NCBI GenBank assembly: GCA_035293285.1
Contig: DATDOM010000093.1
Coordinates: 36,495 to 100,494, forward strand
Origin: Candidatus Nanoarchaeia archaeon
GTDB taxonomy: Archaea > Nanobdellota > Nanobdellia > Woesearchaeales > GW2011-AR4
DNA length: 64,000 nt
Reading direction: 5' to 3'
The position numbers and the translations under genes are program-made. Positions 57,690 through 64,000 of this stretch are shown one piece after another (position 1 is the stretch's first letter; each line of letters starts with the position of its first letter). The notes beneath the pieces were generated by a model. The model was not told where the DNA came from, ran no database searches, and was given only the letters and a program-made list of their open reading frames with translations.

Positions 57690-58877
57690 ATGATTAACGA
57701 AAAACATGTTGAGTTAAGAAATAAAATTGAAAGTATGTCAAATGACGGCTTATCGATGCAAGATATTTCTTTAAAATTAGGCATAAGAATTGGTCATCAA
57801 AGAGACAGGAATTCTATTAAATGGTTTTTGAAGTGTATAAACTCCAAAAAGCATATGGACATTATACATAAAAAATATTCTGAAATATTTACAAGAAAAA
57901 GACTGAATTTGGACGAAGAGTGGATAAAAGAATTGTATTTGGTGAAAGAGTTGCCTCCGTACAAAATTGCTAAGATTATGAAATGTGACACGGTTACAAT
58001 TTTTAACCGTTTAAAAAATATGAATGTCAAGATTAGGAGTTATAGTGAATCCCATAAGCTAAAAACTTATGCCAGTCTAAAACAAATAAAAGTTACTGGA
58101 CTTACACAAGAAAAAGCATACATTCTAGGTGTTTTATGTGGAGACGCTTGGATTTCGATAAGAAGCTACAGGATTGGTTTAATGGCTATAGACTTAGATT
58201 TTGTTCGTGAATTTCAGAAAAACATGAAAAAAGCTTATGGTCTTTCTAGTAAAATAAGAAATATAAAACCGAGAAAAGGGAATTGGAGTGTTCAGTATTT
58301 ATTTGGAATTAGCTCAAAATTATTATGTGAAGATATTCTGTCTTATGGAAATTTTAACACTCATAATTGGAGGATTCCTAAGGAAATTTTTGAGTCTACC
58401 AATATAAAAATTACTGGTAGTTTTCTCAGGGGTTTTTATGACAGCGAAGGTCATGTAAATCCGGAAAGATACACACTTAAAGCTACTTCTTCAAACAAAG
58501 AAGGATTTTTAGATATACTCAATTTGTTGAGCAAATTAGGAATACATTATATAACAATTTTAAAAAAACACAAAAATCCCTATTATAAATTGGGCTATGA
58601 AGTTCTCATCACTGGTTCTGATTCATATAAGAAATTCAAAGAAATTGTTGGCTTTTCAATAAAAAGAAAGTGGGAAGCTTTGTTAAAATTACAAAATGTA
58701 AGAAAACAAAACAGATACACTAAAAACGATTTTGAAAAAGCAATTAAGTTAAGAGAAGAAGGATTCTATCAAGCAGAAATTTCTAGAAAAACTGGGGTTG
58801 AACGTGGCACAATAAATAGATGGTTTAGAAATAAAGAGTATTATGTCAATACTAATTGGATAGTCAAAAAAATTTAG
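57690..58877 (+). CDS. Free-standing intein-type LAGLIDADG endonuclease with flanking HTH-like segments
   Basis: AYILGVLCGDA and FLRGFYDSEG; C-terminal QAEISRKTGVERGTINRW HTH; SD ggaggt. Confidence 0.85.
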   Translation: MINEKHVELRNKIESMSNDGLSMQDISLKLGIRIGHQRDRNSIKWFLKCINSKKHMDIIHKKYSEIFTRKRLNLDEEWIKELYLVKELPPYKIAKIMKCDTVTIFNRLKNMNVKIRSYSESHKLKTYASLKQIKVTGLTQEKAYILGVLCGDAWISIRSYRIGLMAIDLDFVREFQKNMKKAYGLSSKIRNIKPRKGNWSVQYLFGISSKLLCEDILSYGNFNTHNWRIPKEIFESTNIKITGSFLRGFYDSEGHVNPERYTLKATSSNKEGFLDILNLLSKLGIHYITILKKHKNPYYKLGYEVLITGSDSYKKFKEIVGFSIKRKWEALLKLQNVRKQNRYTKNDFEKAIKLREEGFYQAEISRKTGVERGTINRWFRNKEYYVNTNWIVKKI

Positions 58878-59265
58878 GTGGTTTTGTCATTGTCCATCCA
58901 AATGAGTTATTATATTTTAGTTTTTTTTTCTTTGATTTATTTTTAGTTTGCCTCTTATCTTCAATCTTGAATGCCATCTTTTTTTGAATATAAGTTAAAT
59001 TCTTACTACCCTTCATACTATTGCAGTCTTTATGTGCCAAATTCATTTTTTTGCCACCTTGAGAATAAGGGATTTTATGATCTAACTCTAATTCTGACAT
59101 TTTTGTTATTCTCTGGCTACATATATGGCAAGTTCTACCATATAGCTTTGGATGCTCCCAGACATATAGTCTTTCTTTAGGAGTTAGTTTAATTTTCTTC
59201 TTTTTTTGCTGATAAGCGGAACCCAAAATATTTTTAATATTAAATTGAAAAAGGTCTTTTACCAT
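58864..59265 (-). CDS. HNH endonuclease
   Basis: CHIC...ELDHKIPYSQGG....LAHKDCNSMKG. Confidence 0.88.
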   Translation of the reverse strand: MVKDLFQFNIKNILGSAYQQKKKKIKLTPKERLYVWEHPKLYGRTCHICSQRITKMSELELDHKIPYSQGGKKMNLAHKDCNSMKGSKNLTYIQKKMAFKIEDKRQTKNKSKKKKLKYNNSFGWTMTKPPKFF

Positions 59266-59346
59266 AACGTTCTATTTTTAAGGTAACATATTTAAACTTT
59301 TCCAAGAAATCATATTTATAAACTATAGCTTATACTATCAATCAAA

Positions 59347-60066
59347 ATGAAAACATTTGTAATGATTCCGACATACAATGAAAACGAGAACATTAAAAAC
59401 CTTATAGCGGCATTACTAAAACTTAAAATCAAAGACCTCGAAATTGTTGTTGTGGATGATAATTCTCCTGACGGCACGTGGAAATCTGTTAAAAAAATCT
59501 CATCAAAAAACAGGAATGTTCATCTTCTTTTAAGAAAAAAAGACAAGGGACGCGGAGCAGCAGGAAAGGCAGGATTCATTTATTCCCTAGAGCACGGCGC
59601 AGACATTGTGATAGAGATGGATGCTGATTTTTCACACGACCCTAAAAATATTCCGACAATGATAAAAGAGCTGCAAAATGCGGACCTGGTGCTTGGCTCA
59701 AGAAGAGTGAAGGGAAGCCGAGAAGTCGGGAGGGGAATGGGCAGGAGGATTCTTACACACCTTGCAAATTTTTACATCAGGATTCTTCTTGGGCTAAATG
59801 TAAGGGACTGCAATTCAGGCTTTAGGTGCTTTAAGCGAAAAGTGCTTGAAAAAATCAATGTTTACTCTCTTCAGTCAAAAGGCCCCGCGATTGTGCAGGA
59901 AGTGCTTTTTTTGGCAAAAATCAAGGGCTTTAAGGTAAAGGAAGTTCCCATAGTTTTTGTAAACCGGGTCAAAGGCGAATCAAAGCTTGGGCTAAAGCAG
60001 ATAATATCAGGGTATTTTGCTGTACTGAAATTCAGGATTCTTTACATTTTGGGCGAGGTTAAATGA
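59347..60066 (+). CDS. Polyprenol-phosphate mannosyltransferase-like GT2
   Basis: IPTYNE.ENI, VDDNSPDGT, MDADFSHDP. Confidence 0.9.
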   Translation: MKTFVMIPTYNENENIKNLIAALLKLKIKDLEIVVVDDNSPDGTWKSVKKISSKNRNVHLLLRKKDKGRGAAGKAGFIYSLEHGADIVIEMDADFSHDPKNIPTMIKELQNADLVLGSRRVKGSREVGRGMGRRILTHLANFYIRILLGLNVRDCNSGFRCFKRKVLEKINVYSLQSKGPAIVQEVLFLAKIKGFKVKEVPIVFVNRVKGESKLGLKQIISGYFAVLKFRILYILGEVK

Positions 60067-61073
60067 AAGTTGCAATACTTGTCCCGACATTTTCGCATTT
60101 CAGCGGCCCTGACAGGGTTGCAGAGCAGCAGGCCATAGAATATTCAAAAAAAGGCCACAAGGTAACAGTCTTTTGCCTTGAAGGTGACATACTTCCAAAG
60201 AAATACTCTGTTGATATTCTCGGAATGCCAAAATCATTGTTTTTGCAAAGAATCTACAGGCTGCTATTCTTTCTTGACATCAATAAAATCAACAAGACAG
60301 CAAAAAAATTCAGGGATTATGACTTGACAATATCCCATCTTTACCCAATGAACCTTATTGCATCAAAAGCAAAGAAAAAATATGGTATCAAATATGTGTA
60401 TTACAATCACGGCGTTGGCTATCCAGAGCTTTTCACAAGCTTTCATGAAAAAATCTACATGAATCTTTTTGACTTTTTCAACAAAATTTCATTAAAAAGT
60501 GCCGATGAAGCAGTTTCAATAAGCAAGTTCATGCAAAAGGAGCTTGAGCGCGAGACCGGGCTTAAGAGCAAAGTAATTTACAACAAAATTGACACAAAAA
60601 AATTCAGGAAAAACCTTGACGGACTAAGCATAAGAAAAAAACTCAAGCTAGATTCCAAAGACAAAGTACTGCTTTTTGTAGGGAGATTATCACCTCACAA
60701 GAACGTTCACTCACTAATTGATATCTTTAATGATGCAGGCAAAAAAATACCCAACTTGAAACTGATAATTGTCGGAAAGCACACTTTTTCGGATTATTTT
60801 GAAAAACTGAAAATGAAGTCGAATAAAAACGTCATATTTGTCGAGTCTGCAGATGATGACGAACTGCCGTATTATTACGCTGCGTGTGATTTATATGTTA
60901 CTGCGTCCCTATGGGAGGGATTTAACCTGCCTATTGCGGAAGCGCAGGCATGCGGCAAAAAAGTCGTTGCTTTTGATGTATGCTCTCACCCAGAGATTGT
61001 AAAGCACGGCATGCTTGTCAGGGAAAATGACAATTCAGGGTTTGCTTCTGCTATCGTGAAAATGCTGAAATAA
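60063..61073 (+). CDS. GT4 glycosyltransferase
   Basis: FVGRLSPHKN, EGFNLPIAEAQACG. Confidence 0.9.
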   Translation: MKVAILVPTFSHFSGPDRVAEQQAIEYSKKGHKVTVFCLEGDILPKKYSVDILGMPKSLFLQRIYRLLFFLDINKINKTAKKFRDYDLTISHLYPMNLIASKAKKKYGIKYVYYNHGVGYPELFTSFHEKIYMNLFDFFNKISLKSADEAVSISKFMQKELERETGLKSKVIYNKIDTKKFRKNLDGLSIRKKLKLDSKDKVLLFVGRLSPHKNVHSLIDIFNDAGKKIPNLKLIIVGKHTFSDYFEKLKMKSNKNVIFVESADDDELPYYYAACDLYVTASLWEGFNLPIAEAQACGKKVVAFDVCSHPEIVKHGMLVRENDNSGFASAIVKMLK

Positions 61074-61096
61074 TATGGCTAATTAACTTTAGTTTT

Positions 61097-61591
61097 TTAT
61101 TTAACTCCGTTCTTTTTCCTGAATAGTGTTCTTATCTCCTTTGCAGGAAAAACACGAAGCGGTGTATTTTCATAGAAGAGCGGGAACTTCCGCGCAAAAA
61201 TCTCCATGAATTTGTATTTTGGGGTAAAAACCAGTTTTATCTCCTTTATTTCAAAATCGTTGCTGAGATGGTTCATTGACTTATAGCTGTAATAAGTCCT
61301 GTGCTGGGGGTCAAAAGCCATAATGTTTGTGCAGTGCGGGACTATTATTTCAAGAACTCCGTCTTTTTTCAAAATTCTCTTTATTTCATCCATAAAGCGA
61401 AACGGATTTTCAAGATGCTCTACAATGTGCGATGCAAGTATGTGGTCAAACTCCTCTTTTTTGAACGGATAAGGATATTTGTCTATGTTAAAATACAGGT
61501 CTGCCTTCTTTTTCCTGTCGTTATCGACATTAATCCAGTCCTTCCTGTAATCATAACCGCATCCGAGGTTTAGCCTTTTTTTGTTTTCCAT
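61097..61591 (-). CDS. SAM-dependent methyltransferase (type 11-like)
   Basis: LNLGCG, SHIVEHL, RILKKDG, DPQH. Confidence 0.85.
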   Translation of the reverse strand: MENKKRLNLGCGYDYRKDWINVDNDRKKKADLYFNIDKYPYPFKKEEFDHILASHIVEHLENPFRFMDEIKRILKKDGVLEIIVPHCTNIMAFDPQHRTYYSYKSMNHLSNDFEIKEIKLVFTPKYKFMEIFARKFPLFYENTPLRVFPAKEIRTLFRKKNGVK

Positions 61592-61610
61592 TGAACTCAG
61601 TTGAGTAAAA

Positions 61611-62333
61611 TCACTCTATCTGGTATTTTTTCCATCTTTTTGTTGAAAGGCTCATGTCAACAGTAAGACTTGGCCCTTCATACTCTTTTAGCGTCATTTT
61701 TCTGACATTTTTTGAGCCTGCCAAAACTGCCAAATCATAAATGCTCATTCTTTTGCTGCCGACAATGTGGATAATTCCTTTTTCTTTTGCATGCACGAGT
61801 TCAATAATTGCCTTTGCAACATTGTCGCTAAAAAGATAAGTTCCGAACCTGTCAGTAAAAGCTTTTGGATATTTCCATTCCTGCTTTGGAGCAAAATTTG
61901 TCCTTATTACACACGAATTTTCATGCTGCCTTGACACAATCTCGCCGCAGACTTTTGTCAGTGAATAAAAGTTTTTTGGAGAAGGAATATCATCTTCAGT
62001 ATAGTACTTTTCGTTCTCCCCTTCAAATACGCATGCTGTTGAGATATAAACAAAATGGCAGTTATTTTTCAGCTCCTTTAGCGCGCTTACTATGTTTTGA
62101 GTTCCTTCCACATTTGTAATCCATGCCCTCTTCTTGTCTTTTTCACATGCCCTTATATCGACAAGCGCTGCTGTGTGGATAACGACATCAGGATTGTAAT
62201 CAAGTATAACCTTTCTTGTTTTTTTGGAATCTGTAATGTCCATCTCAGAATGGCTTGGAAAATATGCATCCTTTAGCAATTTTCTGAGTGATTTTCCAAG
62301 AGAGCCGGTTCCTCCAGTCACAAGTATTTTCAT
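61611..62333 (-). CDS. dTDP-4-dehydrorhamnose reductase-like SDR
   Basis: GGTGSLG, IHTAA, YISTACVF.G, YSLTK; start MKILV at 62333. Confidence 0.82.
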   Translation of the reverse strand: MKILVTGGTGSLGKSLRKLLKDAYFPSHSEMDITDSKKTRKVILDYNPDVVIHTAALVDIRACEKDKKRAWITNVEGTQNIVSALKELKNNCHFVYISTACVFEGENEKYYTEDDIPSPKNFYSLTKVCGEIVSRQHENSCVIRTNFAPKQEWKYPKAFTDRFGTYLFSDNVAKAIIELVHAKEKGIIHIVGSKRMSIYDLAVLAGSKNVRKMTLKEYEGPSLTVDMSLSTKRWKKYQIE

Positions 62334-62372
62334 AAGCTCAAGATACTGGCTTTTATATTTAAAGCTTATTAG

Positions 62373-62537
62373 GCTCCATCCTAAATCTCGCATCGGCTCG
62401 GGTTATTGCCAAGCTCAGTCCTCTCTTCTCAAATCGTAGGCTGACATTTCCCGTATGGAGTATCCCCTTTGTTAGCTTTTCATCCGTACAAATCAGGGCC
62501 TCGCAAAAGGCAATAACCTTCATTTTCTACAGCACCC
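62373..62537 (+). mobile_element. Family B element, copy B2
   Basis: Alignable to B1 over ~140 bp; perfect ggttattgcc/ggcaataacc stem; perfect 9-bp DR gcttattag (62364-72/62538-46); outer IR decayed. Confidence 0.78.
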
Positions 62538-62581
62538 GCTTATTAGAAAATTTTATAAACCAATTTGGACATCTTTCGTAG

Positions 62582-63865
62582 ATGAATACAGTAACAATAA
62601 TAGGCCTTGGATATGTCGGTCTTCCTCTTGCGTGCCTCTGCGCAGAAAAGGGCAAAAAGGTCTATGGGTTTGATGTCGATGAACACAAGACCAAAAGCGT
62701 TAATTCAGGCGTAAGCCCGATTGATGATCCTGCAATTTCTGCAAAGCTAAAAGCCCTAAAGGGAAAAATTACCGCAACTACAAATCCGGCCGACTGCATC
62801 CCTAATTCTGATGTCGTCATTGTATGTGTTCCAACACCAATAGACAAAAACAATAAACCCGACCTGACAGCACTCAAAAGCGCGAGCGGGACTGTGTCAA
62901 GCCACATAAAGAAAAACACGCTTTTTGTCATAGAATCAACAATATATCCCGGGACAATTGAAGAAATTGTTGTTCCCATTCTTCAGGAAAAAGGGCTTAA
63001 TCCATTTACCGATGAAGTATTTGTAGCGCATTGCCCTGAAAGAATAGACCCGGGAAACACCAAATGGACTATTGACAGGCTGCCGAGGGTTGTTGGCGGA
63101 ATAACAAAAAAAGCCTCAAAAAAAGCCTCAGACTTTTATAAAAGCATAGTCGATGCGGAGATAATGGAGCTTACAAGCGTCAAGGCTGCCGAAGCCACAA
63201 AAATAATGGAAAACACTTTCAGGGATGTCAACATCGCTTTTGTGAACGAAATGGCCCAGAGTTTTGACAAGGCTGGCATTGACATAACTGAAGTCATAAA
63301 AGGCGCGTCAACAAAGCCTTTTGCTTTCATGCCGCATTACCCTGGAGCCGGCGTAGGAGGCCACTGCATAAGCGTTGACCCTTATTACCTTATAGAAAAA
63401 GCAAAAAGGCTTGGATTCAACCATAGGTTCCTGATTCTTGCAAGGGAGATAAACAATCACATGCCGCATTACACTGTAGAACTTCTTGAAAACGAGCTTA
63501 AGAAACTGAACAAGCAATTAAGCGGCGCAAAAGTCGGAGTTTTAGGGCTTGCTTACAAGGCAAATGTTGACGACGTGAGGGAAAGCCCTGCATATGAAGT
63601 GATACATCTTTTAAAATCAATGGGCGCCGAAGTTTTTGTTTTTGACCCTTATGTTCCAAAAGAGAGCAATGTGAAAAACACCAATGAACTGCTTGAAAAA
63701 AGCGATTACATCATCCTTGTCACAAACCATGAAGAATTCAAAAACCTGGACCTAGAGAAGTTAAAAACAAATTCAATAAAAATTGTCATTGATGGAAGAA
63801 ACTGCCTTGACAAGGAAAAAATAAAATCAATGGGAATCCTGTATCACGGCATAGGGCGGGCGTAA
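62582..63865 (+). CDS. UDP-N-acetylhexosamine dehydrogenase (WecC/WbpA family)
   Basis: GLGYVGLPLA, PERIDPG, ENTFRDVNIA, GVGGHCI.VDP. Confidence 0.9.
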   Translation: MNTVTIIGLGYVGLPLACLCAEKGKKVYGFDVDEHKTKSVNSGVSPIDDPAISAKLKALKGKITATTNPADCIPNSDVVIVCVPTPIDKNNKPDLTALKSASGTVSSHIKKNTLFVIESTIYPGTIEEIVVPILQEKGLNPFTDEVFVAHCPERIDPGNTKWTIDRLPRVVGGITKKASKKASDFYKSIVDAEIMELTSVKAAEATKIMENTFRDVNIAFVNEMAQSFDKAGIDITEVIKGASTKPFAFMPHYPGAGVGGHCISVDPYYLIEKAKRLGFNHRFLILAREINNHMPHYTVELLENELKKLNKQLSGAKVGVLGLAYKANVDDVRESPAYEVIHLLKSMGAEVFVFDPYVPKESNVKNTNELLEKSDYIILVTNHEEFKNLDLEKLKTNSIKIVIDGRNCLDKEKIKSMGILYHGIGRA

Positions 63866-63923
63866 ATCATAAGCTCGGCTTTGGAACAGCAAGATTTAAA
63901 ATCGGGCATGGTATTTTGGCTGT

Positions 63924-64000
63924 ATGAAAATCGTGCACGTTACAGGCTACTTTGTTCCTGAACTTGGATACCAGGAATACTATCTTGCGAAAAAGCACGC
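63924..64000 (+). CDS. Probable GT4 glycosyltransferase, 5' fragment
   Basis: MKIVHVTGYFVPELGYQEYYLAK runs off the window. Confidence 0.6.
   Translation, partial: MKIVHVTGYFVPELGYQEYYLAKKH

Noticed and set aside
24829..58877. LAGLIDADG ORFs as inteins or intron-encoded proteins
   Set aside because: No Hint motifs (N-terminal C/S, C-terminal HN), flanking genes are intact, and no interrupted RNA gene is evident
766..63517. Numerous 60-175 aa antisense or nested ORFs in the track
   Set aside because: Shadows of well-supported genes with no recognisable motifs
1..64000. CRISPR array or cas genes
   Set aside because: No regularly spaced direct repeats and no Cas motifs; the repeats found are dispersed hairpins

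Overview
Archaeal chromosomal segment, most likely a DPANN lineage such as Woesearchaeota. This is inferred from archaeal-type uS2, AK6, PpcA, NFACT, TrmB and TRAM proteins, BRE/TATA promoters and an unlinked 5S rRNA. Layout: 1-12 kb housekeeping genes including a bacterial-type lipid cluster (fabG x2, plsC x2, gpsA); 12.1-18.7 kb AT-rich defence/toxin-antitoxin island ending at the 5S rRNA; 19-64 kb large surface-glycan locus (nucleotide sugars, CDP-dideoxy/branched sugar genes, glycosyltransferases, flippase) with transketolase/transaldolase and two free-standing LAGLIDADG genes. The most notable unexplained signal is non-coding. Five co-oriented ~125-195 bp nested-hairpin elements (family B) have stems that covary between copies; four have 7-10 bp flanking direct repeats and sit just upstream of TATA boxes. 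A second three-copy ~65 bp structured repeat (family A) shares tandem-GA 'CGAG' motifs with them. No transposase, integrase, reverse transcriptase or CRISPR array is visible. All calls come from reading motifs by eye; no searches or folding programs were run.
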